Of a stretch of DNA of 64,000 nt, positions 20,744-30,685 are shown in pieces (position 1 is the first letter of the stretch; every line of letters begins with the position of its first letter). The notes below the pieces were generated by a model that saw nothing but the letters and a program-made list of their open reading frames with translations, was not told the DNA's origin and searched no databases. Location: contig OZ243938.1 in NCBI GenBank assembly GCA_965214095.1, positions 1,440,001 to 1,504,000 of the forward strand. Reading direction: 5' to 3'. Source of the DNA: Candidatus Poribacteria bacterium. Its GTDB lineage: Bacteria; Poribacteria; WGA-4E; WGA-3G. The position numbers were made by a program, and so were the translations under genes.

Positions 20744-21139
20744 TTATGTTATAATCCATTGCTGAATGTGTTTTGCAATTGCGTCAATGTCAGTCATGGA
20801 ACCATCAGCGATTTTTAAACCGAGTTCAATGATTGAATCATCAATGTTTAGACGGAGTACGAAACCGTTAAATTCCAAAAATAGGAGTGCAGACTTCATA
20901 CCAATCCGTTTGTTACCGTCTATAAATACATGCCCCGTAATAATATGATGTGCATATACAGCAGCTTTTTGGAATAGAGACGGAAATAGTTCAATATCAC
21001 CAAATTTCGCATCAACAACTTCAATTAGATAATTTAATTGATTCACATTTAATATCTGATAATTACCGACATGTTTTTCTGCGATTGCCAGAGTTTCAGG
21101 AATAGTCAAATATCTGAAATGTTTCCGAGTGTTTTCCAT
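20744..21139 (-). CDS. doc: Fic/Doc-family toxin (death-on-curing type)
   Basis: KAAVY...GHVFIDGNKR Doc-type Fic motif. Confidence 0.88.
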   Translation of the reverse strand: MENTRKHFRYLTIPETLAIAEKHVGNYQILNVNQLNYLIEVVDAKFGDIELFPSLFQKAAVYAHHIITGHVFIDGNKRIGMKSALLFLEFNGFVLRLNIDDSIIELGLKIADGSMTDIDAIAKHIQQWIIT

Positions 21140-21408
21140 GCGCGGTCGTAGCGGTGTAGTAATTCGTCTATAGCTGTATTGATATTTATCCCGATTTCAC
21201 TGGCAGTTTTCATGTCTGATTTTGCTTTTTCCTCTTCTCCAATTTGTAACCATGCTTTGCTGCGGCAATAATAGGCATCAGCGTAATCAGGTTTTAGTTT
21301 TATCGCTTGGGTATAGTCTTCTATGGCAAGTTCTATCTGACCTTTTTCGCTATTTTCTATACCGCTATTGAAATACTTTTCAGCAAGCTCTTGATTTTGA
21401 TCTTCCAT
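21106..21408 (-). CDS. TPR protein, probable cognate antitoxin
   Basis: TPR repeats (AIEDYTQAIKLKPDYADAYYCR); overlaps the doc start region. Confidence 0.75.
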   Translation of the reverse strand: MEDQNQELAEKYFNSGIENSEKGQIELAIEDYTQAIKLKPDYADAYYCRSKAWLQIGEEEKAKSDMKTASEIGININTAIDELLHRYDRAWKTLGNISDI

Positions 21409-21433
21409 GGGTTTTTCCTGCTAAGTTTGTTTT

Positions 21434-21571
21434 TATAACTAAAACCATAATTATTTACACACGACGGTAGGTTCGGTTTCCTAACCGAACCGGTGTTTGT
21501 TCTGTCTCATAGATGCGGTTAGGAAACCACATCTACCGGGGAGTGTGCACGTATTTTTACATTTCACTATA
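21434..21571. mobile_element. MITE M1 copy with REP-A pair
   Basis: Matches 5607-5744 and 55438-55575. Confidence 0.8.
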
Positions 21572-21828
21572 AGATAATAATAACATACATTAAGGACATA
21601 TTCAACTGAATTTCAAAACTTCAAATCATACTTTGCAGAACCAAACTCATAATCCTGAAAATCTACTAATCCCGCAAATCCTGGTTCAGACAAACAGAAA
21701 TACAAACCAATAAGAAAATTAACGTTTGTGAATGATATTGAACAAAAAATCTAAAACTAAACAACCCTGTGGTTCTGTAAGCATTTTGGATAATATATTC
21801 TTGAATATCTTACTGAACTCCATTATAA

Positions 21829-21941
21829 TACCATTTCTAATAGAGAACGCCGCATTTTTGTAGCACAAACTGCCAGTTTGTGCCATCCTACAAGACATTC
21901 TTAACAAATTGTTAATGGGATAAACATTTATAGAAATGGTA
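21829..21941. mobile_element. 113-bp MITE M3 (TACCATTTCTA...TAGAAATGGTA), TAA duplication, REP-D cargo
   Basis: Perfect 11-bp TIR; TAA on both flanks; internal GTAGCACAAACTGCCAGTTTGTGC. Confidence 0.8.
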
Positions 21942-21983
21942 TAATTACCATCATAACATAAGACGTAGCAAAGCGAGAAAACA

Positions 21984-22814
21984 ATGAAACTTAGCTGCCT
22001 CCCTGTCTCTCTTTATGACGACATCTTCAGTGAAAAAAGTAGTGTTGCAGACTGGATTCGGTTTGGTGCTGAATTGGGTTTGGATGGCGTGGATTTTAGC
22101 ATCAAATTCTTTCCGCACTGGAATGTCCGACTACTGAATTCTGTGTGGATAGCTCTTGCAAGACGCGGTTTAGAGACCTGTATGATTGCGTGTTATTCAG
22201 ATTTTACGCATCCAGACCCTGAACACCGCGCAGGAGAGTTAACTAAACTAAAATCAGACATCACATTGGCAAAGGAATTGGGAGCAAAATTTGTGCGTGT
22301 GACCGCAGGACAAAATCATCCGGGTATTGAACATAAAGAGGCAGTGCGTTGGGTTACTGATGGATTTCGGCATGCCCTTGACGAGGCTGAAAAGCAAGGT
22401 ATCACACTCGCTTATGAGAATCATACAAAAGGTGCACCATGGCAGTATTGGGATTTCTCGCAACCATCAGAGATTTTCTTAGAAATCCTTGATGCATTAT
22501 CGGACACGCCACTCGGTGTCTGCTTTGATACGGCAAACCCGCTCGTGTTGAAAGAAGATGTGTTGGGATTGCTTGATAAAGTGATTGATCGTGTTGTCGT
22601 GCTGCATGTGTTTGACATGCACGAAGCGGGTGAGTTTGAACCTGTGCGTGTCGGCACAGGGGTATCACCGATTCCCCAGATATTTGCCCGTATGCGGCAA
22701 GCCAATTACGACGGTTGGCTTAGCATAGAAGAAGCCAGTCGTCAGGGGAAACAAGGATTTCAAGAAGCTGTCCAATATGTCCGACAAACGTGGGAACAGG
22801 CATCATCCGCGTGA
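21984..22814 (+). CDS. Sugar phosphate isomerase/epimerase (xylose-isomerase-like TIM barrel)
   Basis: LAYENH, VCFDTAN and GWLSIEE motifs. Confidence 0.85.
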   Translation: MKLSCLPVSLYDDIFSEKSSVADWIRFGAELGLDGVDFSIKFFPHWNVRLLNSVWIALARRGLETCMIACYSDFTHPDPEHRAGELTKLKSDITLAKELGAKFVRVTAGQNHPGIEHKEAVRWVTDGFRHALDEAEKQGITLAYENHTKGAPWQYWDFSQPSEIFLEILDALSDTPLGVCFDTANPLVLKEDVLGLLDKVIDRVVVLHVFDMHEAGEFEPVRVGTGVSPIPQIFARMRQANYDGWLSIEEASRQGKQGFQEAVQYVRQTWEQASSA

Positions 22815-23654
22815 TGGTTCACTCATACTTTCTCGTGCTTTCTGTGACAATTCTATCAGATGTCCATCATTTGCCATCACCTGTTCAAGATGTATCTTCC
22901 GTTCCGGTGTTGCAGTGTTCAACATCTTCTCACCATATTTTCGATCAATCCAGAACCGTGCCGAACCTGAAATATATGCCTGTAATGCTTCAATTTTCTC
23001 ATCAGGATAACGTTGACATAGATTCATCGTGAACATACGTCTGCGTGTGCCACCGCCAAATGCTGCATGCTTAGTATTATGATTGAACAGCACAAGGTCA
23101 CCCGGAGTTGTTTCAAAGACTACTGCGGGGACATCTTTACCATGCATTTCCCAAATCTCTTGACTTTTCCCAACTTGCTGGCTCAATCCATCTGCATAGT
23201 TGTCTCCGAACAGATGGCTACCGGGAATGACGCGGAGCGCACCTGAGTCGCGTGTGAGTGGATCGAGATAGAACGCAATTTTGAGGTGCATAGGATCTTC
23301 TAAACGGTGTCCACCGTCTGAATGCCATCCAGTATCGCCTACATAGAAATTGCCATCGCTTCCCATATAGTTAAAATCGTCTCCGAGTAAAGTCTTCGCA
23401 ATTGTCAAAATACGCGGATCATCCAACAATGATGATAACTCCTCGCTTTGATCAATGAATGGTACAATACAGGAACGTGCTGTGCCTTCGTGCGGTTTGC
23501 CGTTATGTCCACCACCACGTTCTTCCCAGACAGTTTCAAATGCATCTTGTATTGCTTCAATCCTGTTTGCCATCAGCTGCGGAAAACTTAGGTAACCAAA
23601 GGTTTTGAAGAAATTAATCTCTGAATCGGTGATAGTATAATCATGTTGATTCAT
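22803..23654 (-). CDS. PhyH-family dioxygenase
   Basis: WHSD, GALRVIPGSH and PGDLVLFNHNTKHA motifs. Confidence 0.88.
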   Translation of the reverse strand: MNQHDYTITDSEINFFKTFGYLSFPQLMANRIEAIQDAFETVWEERGGGHNGKPHEGTARSCIVPFIDQSEELSSLLDDPRILTIAKTLLGDDFNYMGSDGNFYVGDTGWHSDGGHRLEDPMHLKIAFYLDPLTRDSGALRVIPGSHLFGDNYADGLSQQVGKSQEIWEMHGKDVPAVVFETTPGDLVLFNHNTKHAAFGGGTRRRMFTMNLCQRYPDEKIEALQAYISGSARFWIDRKYGEKMLNTATPERKIHLEQVMANDGHLIELSQKARESMSEPSRG

Positions 23655-23728
23655 GACGGATACCTCCTTTAGGCTCTGTTATTTACATCCTATCACACTT
23701 TTTCCTATTCGTCTTTAAAAATCAGCAT

Positions 23729-25123
23729 CTACAAATTCGGTGCGACCATATTACTCGGCACAACAAGTACGTCAAACTCTTCTGCTGTTAGAGCACCTTC
23801 CTCAATTGCAACTTCGCGTAATGTAGATCCATCTCGATGTGCTTTCTGGGCAAGTTTTGCTGCAGCATCGTAGCCAATTTTCGGTGTCAATGCTGTTACC
23901 AACATCAACGATGCTTCCAAATAACCAGCGATTGCCGATCTGTTCGCTTCAATGCCAACCACACAGTGTTCCCGAAACGCATCACATGCGTCCGACAGCA
24001 ACCGAATAGATTGCAGACTGTTGAATGCAATAACAGGCATAAAAACGTTCAGTTCAAAGTTACCAGCACTCCCTGCCAGTGAAATAGTTGTATCGTTGCC
24101 GATTACCTGAGCACAAACCATCGTCATCGCTTCACACTGTGTCGGATTGACTTTGCCGGGCATGATGGAACTTCCGGGTTCATTCTCTGGTAGTATCAAT
24201 TCACCGATACCGCATCGTGGACCGCTCCCTAACAGACGAATATCATTGGCGATCTTATATAAGGAACAGGCAAAACGTTTCAGTGCTCCGCTTGCTGATA
24301 CGAGCGCGTCTCTTGCTCCCATCGCTTCAAACTTGTTTGGTGCACTTATAAACGGGTGACCGGTTCGTTCTGCAATACGAGATGCCATCGCGTCTGCATA
24401 ATCTGGATGTGTGTTCAATCCTGTTCCGACTGCTGTACCACCGATCGGGAGTTCGTAGAGATGATGTAACGTGTTCTGAATCGCTTCCTGTGCGTGTGCC
24501 ACCTGATGTGCATATCCACTGAATACTTGTCCCAATGTCAAAGGTGTTGCATCCATCAAGTGTGTACGACCTGTCTTTACAATATCTGAGAATTCCTCTG
24601 CTTTATCCGCTAATACTTGTTGTAACGCTGCGGCTGCTGGTATCAATCGTTCAACGATCTGCGTAACAACCGCTATGTGAATTGCTGATGGAAAGACATC
24701 ATTCGTTGATTGTGAGCGGTTCACATGGTCATTCGGATGCACAGGGGATTTTATACCGCGGCTTCCACCCGTCAGTTCATTTGCACGGTTCGCTATAACT
24801 TCGTTGATATTCATGTGCGTCTGTGTTCCGCTGCCTGTTTGCCAAATTCGGAGTGGGAACTGGTCTGCAAGTTTTCCATCTGTAACTTCATCTGCAGCAC
24901 GGCAGATAAGTTCTGCTATTTCCGATGTAATCCCTCCGAGTTGGGCATTGACGGTTGCAGCAGCATGTTTTATGATGGCAAGTGCGCGTATGAATGTTGG
25001 TGGAAAATGTTCATCACCGATGTCAAAGTTGATATAGGCGCGTTGGGTCTGTGCACCCCAATATGCCTCCTCTGGAACTTCTACTTCACCTAAACTATCT
25101 TTTTCTATTCGTATGTTCATCAA
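23729..25123 (-). CDS. fumC: Fumarate hydratase class II
   Basis: [15 protein letters not shown] signature, [19 protein letters not shown]. Confidence 0.97.
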   Translation of the reverse strand: MMNIRIEKDSLGEVEVPEEAYWGAQTQRAYINFDIGDEHFPPTFIRALAIIKHAAATVNAQLGGITSEIAELICRAADEVTDGKLADQFPLRIWQTGSGTQTHMNINEVIANRANELTGGSRGIKSPVHPNDHVNRSQSTNDVFPSAIHIAVVTQIVERLIPAAAALQQVLADKAEEFSDIVKTGRTHLMDATPLTLGQVFSGYAHQVAHAQEAIQNTLHHLYELPIGGTAVGTGLNTHPDYADAMASRIAERTGHPFISAPNKFEAMGARDALVSASGALKRFACSLYKIANDIRLLGSGPRCGIGELILPENEPGSSIMPGKVNPTQCEAMTMVCAQVIGNDTTISLAGSAGNFELNVFMPVIAFNSLQSIRLLSDACDAFREHCVVGIEANRSAIAGYLEASLMLVTALTPKIGYDAAAKLAQKAHRDGSTLREVAIEEGALTAEEFDVLVVPSNMVAPNL

Positions 25124-25225
25124 AATCCTCTTTCTAAAATAAATGCATTTTCTGCATTTATTTTAACGCATTAGAATGGACTTGTCAAGCAGTCAATTTT
25201 ATGAGGTGTGTAAAGTTTTTGCCAC

Positions 25226-25510
25226 CATAGGCGTTTTCCCCAGGCAGGTAGGTTCGGTTTCCTAACCGAACCTTATGTGTCAATTTAGTGCAAATTAGGC
25301 GTTTTCCCCAGGCCGGTAGGTTCGGTTTCCTAACCGAACCATAGGTGTCAATTTAGTGTAAATTAGGCGTTTCCCCAGGCCGGTAGGTTCGGTTTCCTAA
25401 CCGAACCGGATCCTATACGAGAACCTCTATAAAGGTATTTGGCGCAAACTCGGTTCGGTTAGGAAACCGAACCTACCGCTACTTGGAAGGACGCTAAATT
25501 GACGCTTATG
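25226..25510. mobile_element. 171-bp IS4-ended MITE (25340-25510) preceded by two extra tandem left-end units (~68-bp period)
   Basis: IS4-type ends at 25226, 25272, 25340 and 25495-25510; three direct REP-A hairpins plus one inverted; reverse complement of 52263-52433. Confidence 0.85.
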
Positions 25511-25697
25511 GTGACAAGAACTTAACATACCTATATTGAATGGTGTAGGTCACTTGAGAAATTCCTTGACATTTCCTTCTTCATTTGGTATCCTTAATTA
25601 TACGTAAGGTATATGTTGAATCGTTCAATATCTTACCAGTCTATTCTTCAGATTTATTTGAATATCATTGGCATAACATATTTTAAAGAGGATTAAA

Positions 25698-26474
25698 ATG
25701 AAATACTTGGCAAATGAATTTAGTAAGTTGGCAAAAATCGTTGGATTGGTCTTAATAGTCGTTGTTTTTCTATCAACGAATGTGTATTCAGCAGACGAAC
25801 TTGTCCTGCACCTCACTTTTGATGAGTTGAGAGGGGACGTTGCAGAGGATATATCCGAGTTCGGTAATGATGTTACTTTTAATGGAAATGTTAAATTGGT
25901 TGACGGGAAGTTTGGCATGGCAATTGATCTTGATGGAAAATCTTGGGGAGAGATCCCTGACGATGATAGTCTTGATATTGTTGACGGTATAACAATTGAA
26001 ATGTGGGCAAAACTCCGTGCAGCCGGTGCTGAGCAAACCGGCGTTGAAAAAGGAACCACTTGGAAAGCGGGTTTGTATACACTTGCACCTTATTATAGAA
26101 ATGGATCAATCCTCCAATTCTTTGATTTACCAGAAAATTGTAATGATGAAAATATAGGTGGCAATATACAGGATGACACCTGGCACTTTATGGCAGGAAC
26201 ATGGGATGGGTCCACAATCAAGTTGTATATTGATGGTGAGATTAGTAAGGAATCTGAATGTAAAGGCACACTCATACCAAACAATGATCCAGTTTTTATC
26301 GGTTCACGTGGTGGCACGCAACGATTTGTCAACGGTGCGCTTGACGAAATAAAAATGTATAACTATGCATTGACCGAAGACGAACTCAAAGCTGATATGG
26401 ATAACCCGCAGACTGCAGATGTTCTACCTCAAGATAAATTAACAACAACCTGGGCACGTATCAAATCAAGATAG
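25698..26474 (+). CDS. Secreted LamG/concanavalin-like domain protein with C-terminal KLTTTW tail
   Basis: Signal peptide; LHLTFDE, WHFMAGTWDG, KLYIDG and GALDEIKMYNYAL motifs. Confidence 0.9.
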   Translation: MKYLANEFSKLAKIVGLVLIVVVFLSTNVYSADELVLHLTFDELRGDVAEDISEFGNDVTFNGNVKLVDGKFGMAIDLDGKSWGEIPDDDSLDIVDGITIEMWAKLRAAGAEQTGVEKGTTWKAGLYTLAPYYRNGSILQFFDLPENCNDENIGGNIQDDTWHFMAGTWDGSTIKLYIDGEISKESECKGTLIPNNDPVFIGSRGGTQRFVNGALDEIKMYNYALTEDELKADMDNPQTADVLPQDKLTTTWARIKSR

Positions 26475-26493
26475 TTCACAACAAAGGTTAATA

Positions 26494-27057
26494 ATGAAGA
26501 GATTAGTTTATTATATAACAATAATTACTGTGTTTCAAATCATAATGGGTTGTGCCATGCTTCCTTTCGGTAAAGGATCGAAAGAGCAAGTTGCAGTCGT
26601 AAAAACTCAAAAAGGCACATTTGTAATTGAGTTTTACCCCGAATCTGCCCCTGTGGCAGTTGATAACTTCAAAAAGTTGATTGACTTAAAGTTTTACGAT
26701 GGATTAACTTTCCATCGTATAGAGAAAACACCTGGGCTGAATGTTGTTCAAGGAGGTTGTCCAGAGGGCAATGGAAGGGGCGGACCCGGTTGGACCATTG
26801 TTGATGAGTACACGAATCCTAATCAACGGAAACATGTCAGAGGCACCGTTGCTATGGCACGTGCAAATTTACCAAATTCATCGGGTAGTCAGTTTTACAT
26901 CTGTTTGAGTCCACAACCTCACCTTGACGGTAGTTATACCACATTCGGCGGTGTTATACAAGGAATGGAGGTCGTTGATACTTTAATTGTCGGCGATGTC
27001 ATGAAGACAATACGTTTGGAGGCTAAGTCGAAATATGTTAAGCAAACAAAGAGTTAA
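26494..27057 (+). CDS. Cyclophilin-type peptidyl-prolyl isomerase, probable lipoprotein
   Basis: FYDGLTFHR, QGG, GTVAMAR, SGSQFYIC and HLDGSYT motifs; IMGC lipobox-like. Confidence 0.92.
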   Translation: MKRLVYYITIITVFQIIMGCAMLPFGKGSKEQVAVVKTQKGTFVIEFYPESAPVAVDNFKKLIDLKFYDGLTFHRIEKTPGLNVVQGGCPEGNGRGGPGWTIVDEYTNPNQRKHVRGTVAMARANLPNSSGSQFYICLSPQPHLDGSYTTFGGVIQGMEVVDTLIVGDVMKTIRLEAKSKYVKQTKS

Positions 27058-27664
27058 CCAATTTCCGATCGCACTCGTAGTTATCGTTTGTCTATCTGTT
27101 ATCATTCTATTCGGTTGTTCGCAACAGGACAAAAAGGCATCTGAAACCAGTACAGAACAATCTGAAACCCAACAGACAGTAATCAAACCAGTTGAAGAAC
27201 CTGAGAAAACAGAGCCAGAACCAGAAGCCAAACCTATGATAGCACCCGCAAACGCAATCGCTGTCATTGAAACGGCTAAAGGTAATATTGAGTTTGAATT
27301 TTATGCAGACGACTCACCACAAGCATCAAAAAACTTTATCAAAAACGCAAGTACGGGTTACTATAGAAGTGAAAAGTTTCATAGAGTTGAGGAGCTTTTA
27401 ATCCAAGGAGGGTCAAGTCTTACAGATGAATCGTTCCCAATTGAGAAAAGTGATCTTCCCCTTGAAAAAGGTTCTGTGGTAATGGTAACAGAAGAAGGAT
27501 CAGACGTTGCTGATGGTGATGAATTCCTTATCTGTAAAGATGCTATAGTAAATGAAGGATGGACTGTTCTCGGCAAAGTTACCAAAGGTTTAGACGTATT
27601 AGATAATATCGTAAAAAATGATACGATATTGAATATCACAATTCGTGAACGCAATGCAGAGTAA
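27035..27664 (+). CDS. Divergent cyclophilin-like lipoprotein
   Basis: LFGC lipobox, IETAKGNI and FHRV..IQGG; second half of the active site is degenerate. Confidence 0.75.
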   Translation: MLSKQRVNQFPIALVVIVCLSVIILFGCSQQDKKASETSTEQSETQQTVIKPVEEPEKTEPEPEAKPMIAPANAIAVIETAKGNIEFEFYADDSPQASKNFIKNASTGYYRSEKFHRVEELLIQGGSSLTDESFPIEKSDLPLEKGSVVMVTEEGSDVADGDEFLICKDAIVNEGWTVLGKVTKGLDVLDNIVKNDTILNITIRERNAE

Positions 27665-27724
27665 ATAAAGTGGGTGGTCTGCTTTTCTACGACCACCCTA
27701 TACTAAGACTGAAAGGAAAAGTGT

Positions 27725-28093
27725 ATGGCATTAACGGTTATTCGGACAGCACGTCCGAGTCCAGTGTGGCAAGAAAGTTATGTAAACGTAAAAAAAGGAC
27801 AACGCCTTGTGATTGATGCCGATGGCGCGTGGTCCCCTGACTTAAAAAATAGAACGGGGTGGTGTGGAGCAGATGGAGTTCCTAAAACCCCCGCAGGGGA
27901 TAGTTATCTCCTACCCGGTGCCAATGTCGGAGCACTCATCGCAAGAATCGGAAGTAGCGTCTTTGCAGTCGGCTCTCGTTACGATAATCCTGCCCCCGCA
28001 GACGGTGTTATTTTCTTGGCTATGAACGAAAGTCCCAACAATAACAACCAAGCGGGAAGTCTACTTGCACAAATAATTATCTTTGATGAATAA
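27725..28093 (+). CDS. LecA/PA-IL-like beta-sandwich (putative lectin)
   Basis: WQES..VKKGQ, GAWS, GALIARIG and FLAMNE...NQAGSL pattern. Confidence 0.6.
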   Translation: MALTVIRTARPSPVWQESYVNVKKGQRLVIDADGAWSPDLKNRTGWCGADGVPKTPAGDSYLLPGANVGALIARIGSSVFAVGSRYDNPAPADGVIFLAMNESPNNNNQAGSLLAQIIIFDE

Positions 28094-28175
28094 ATCAATT
28101 GATTTGAAAGAAAATTGTCCATAATATGTCGATTGAAACTCAATCGGATCTTTGCGTTTAATGAGGAGATATTAC

Positions 28176-28580
28176 ATGGAAGAAAACACACCACAGGAAG
28201 AAGTTTTACTCCCACCTATTGATTTTAATACTTTTATTACGGATTTAATCACAACTGCGCGTCTCTACCTACATGGATTTAAAAACCCAGAAACCGATGA
28301 CGTTATTGTCAATCTCGGCTTAGCAAAACGAATGATTGATACAATTGAGATGCTTGAAGAAAAAACAGAGGGAAACTTGACTGCACCTGAATCCAATTTC
28401 TTGACAAATTCTCTTTATGAATTGCGGATGGGATATGTCCGCGCCGCTGCTGCTCAAAAGGACGTATCAGAAGTTGAAGAAATAGAAGACGCACCTGTAC
28501 AAGATGCACAGAACGAAGATGTCAATCAAACCGAAACAGAAAATTCTCAAGACGAAAATACAAGTAATAAGTCTGATTAA
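28176..28580 (+). CDS. DUF1844 domain protein
   Basis: AKRMIDTIEMLEEKTEGNLT..E...L...LYELRMGYV motif; GAGGAG RBS. Confidence 0.85.
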   Translation: MEENTPQEEVLLPPIDFNTFITDLITTARLYLHGFKNPETDDVIVNLGLAKRMIDTIEMLEEKTEGNLTAPESNFLTNSLYELRMGYVRAAAAQKDVSEVEEIEDAPVQDAQNEDVNQTETENSQDENTSNKSD

Positions 28581-28640
28581 TCCTACACACGCTGGGTTTA
28601 ACATTGACATTTTCAAACCCAATGATATATAATTTCCAAT

Positions 28641-29555
28641 ATGGCAAAAGACTACGACAATATGGCAAAATCAATATTAACAGATTTTGCTACCGACATT
28701 TCACAGTTTGTAATCGGCACTCATCTTGATGTTGAAGTAATAGAAAATATTGACACGGAACAACAACTTGTTGTAGAACAACTTACTGACAGCACAAAAC
28801 GGATTCGTATCAACGAAAGCGAAGCAATTTTACATATTGAGTTACAACTTCGTGATAGCACATATAAACCGATGTGGGCCCGTAATGCGGCATATCACGG
28901 ATACCTTATCAAAGAACATCAGATGCCTGTTTATTCCAATGTCATCTATTTTCATCCGAATGCTGGAAGAAATGATACGGGTTTTTATCACTATAGTTCA
29001 TACGGATATGAATACACCTTACGATATAAGGTAATACGACTGATTGACATTGATGGACAATCGATATTGGAGATGCAGGCACCAGGATTGCTCCCTTTTA
29101 CCCCGTTGATGAAACGTCCTACGGGAGTTTCCATTGAACAGTGGATGCAAGAATGTATCAACGCAGTTGCTGCAACCCCTTTTGATGAACAGACACAAGG
29201 AGACCTATTCTGTGCACTATCGTTGTTCGGTGGCATTATCTACGATCCATTACTTTTCAAAAGAATGATACGGGAGGAACGTATGCAAGAATCAAAATAC
29301 TATCAACTCCTACGCGATGAATTCATCGCTATCGGCATTGAACAAGGTCTTGAACAAGGTCTTGAACAAGGGGCAAGAGAATCTACTATTAAAAACATCT
29401 TGAAGTTTCTAAATAGTAGATTCACTGCAGAAGAAGTCAACGAACTAATGCCTGAACTACAACAGATTACAGATATAGATCGACTTGAACAGTTGCTCTA
29501 TGCTGCACCACAAGTACAAAATCTTGAAGCCTTCAAATTCATGCTTGAAGAATAA
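28641..29555 (+). CDS. Rpn/YhgA-like PD-(D/E)XK-type protein
   Basis: YDNMAK, LHIELQ, YKVIRL, GLLPFTPLM, MQES and EQGLEQGLEQG repeats. Confidence 0.82.
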   Translation: MAKDYDNMAKSILTDFATDISQFVIGTHLDVEVIENIDTEQQLVVEQLTDSTKRIRINESEAILHIELQLRDSTYKPMWARNAAYHGYLIKEHQMPVYSNVIYFHPNAGRNDTGFYHYSSYGYEYTLRYKVIRLIDIDGQSILEMQAPGLLPFTPLMKRPTGVSIEQWMQECINAVAATPFDEQTQGDLFCALSLFGGIIYDPLLFKRMIREERMQESKYYQLLRDEFIAIGIEQGLEQGLEQGARESTIKNILKFLNSRFTAEEVNELMPELQQITDIDRLEQLLYAAPQVQNLEAFKFMLEE

Positions 29556-29606
29556 CATATCCAGGACTTACACACTGTCCTTTGAATGAAGTTTGAATGG
29601 AGGACA

Positions 29607-30632
29607 ATGAATTATCAACGCAAGATTATTATCGCCTTCAGTTTGTTATTTGGTCTTCTTATCGTGGGAACAATCGGTTACACACTGATAGAAAAGGGAA
29701 ATCCAGAAGGCGAGTGGGACATCCTTGATGCAGTATGGATGACCGTTATTACATTAACGACAACAGGTTTTGACAGAATGAATATGAGTGATGCAGGACG
29801 CATCTTTACCCTGTTTCTACTCGTTGGCGGATTCGGAATTTTCGCATATAGCGTGACTGTTGCAACCGCTTTTCTTGTTGAAGGACAATTACAAAGCTTT
29901 TTTAAACAAAGAAAAATGATACGAACTGTTGATAAACTCTCAAATCATTATATTATCTGCGGAATTGGTGATACTGGCGTGCATGTGCTTGAAGAAATGG
30001 AAAAGGCAGATGCAAACTTTGTCTGTATTGAAATGGATGAAGAACGTGTAGAACACATTGCTGAAACTCACGATTTTCTATACGTTCACGGCGATGCAAC
30101 AGATGATGATATTCTCATCCGCGCAGGCGTTGAACGGGCGAAAGGACTTGTCGCTTGTCTCAGTCGGGACCAAGATAATCTGTTTGCTGTCATTTCTGCC
30201 AAAAAACTCAATCCAAGTTTGCGAGTCGTTTCCAAGGCAGTTGAGAATAATTCTCCTGAGAAAATGATAACTGCTGGGGCAGATGAAGTCGTTTTGCCAG
30301 ACCATATCGGGGGTATACGGCTTGCTTCTGGTATACTTGAACCACATCTTATTGATTTTTTTGCAAAGATGCAGGTAAGCAGACTGACTACGCGATTCGC
30401 AGAATCTATCATTCAACCAGACTCTAAATTGGACGGTATTACCATTGAAGAAGCAGAAATCAAAGATGAAACAGGCTTAGTCGTCATCGCTATTCGCAGT
30501 AAAGATGGTACATACATCTACAATCCTTCCGGAAATTTGCGAATTGAAGCGGGGGATGCTCTATTTGTCATATCAGACCCAAGGCAACTGCAGTTACTAC
30601 ATAAACTCACCGAAGATGCCCGGTGGGAATAA
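29607..30632 (+). CDS. Potassium channel protein with TrkA-N and TrkA-C (RCK) domains
   Basis: TVITLTTTGF pore region, HYIICGIGDTG, GDATDD. Confidence 0.9.
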   Translation: MNYQRKIIIAFSLLFGLLIVGTIGYTLIEKGNPEGEWDILDAVWMTVITLTTTGFDRMNMSDAGRIFTLFLLVGGFGIFAYSVTVATAFLVEGQLQSFFKQRKMIRTVDKLSNHYIICGIGDTGVHVLEEMEKADANFVCIEMDEERVEHIAETHDFLYVHGDATDDDILIRAGVERAKGLVACLSRDQDNLFAVISAKKLNPSLRVVSKAVENNSPEKMITAGADEVVLPDHIGGIRLASGILEPHLIDFFAKMQVSRLTTRFAESIIQPDSKLDGITIEEAEIKDETGLVVIAIRSKDGTYIYNPSGNLRIEAGDALFVISDPRQLQLLHKLTEDARWE

Positions 30633-30685
30633 TCAAAATTAATAATGCCGATTATGTCCTGTTTGCTCGTCACCATTCTATCCTA

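Noticed and set aside
25226-25410. Possible CRISPR array (palindromic repeat with ~68-bp period)
   Set aside because: The spacers are near-identical to each other, there are only three units, no cas genes are present, and the repeat is a dispersed REP-like hairpin.
29339-29371. 12-bp tandem repeat TTGAACAAGGTC
   Set aside because: It encodes the EQGL repeats typical of Rpn-family C-termini and is not a separate element.
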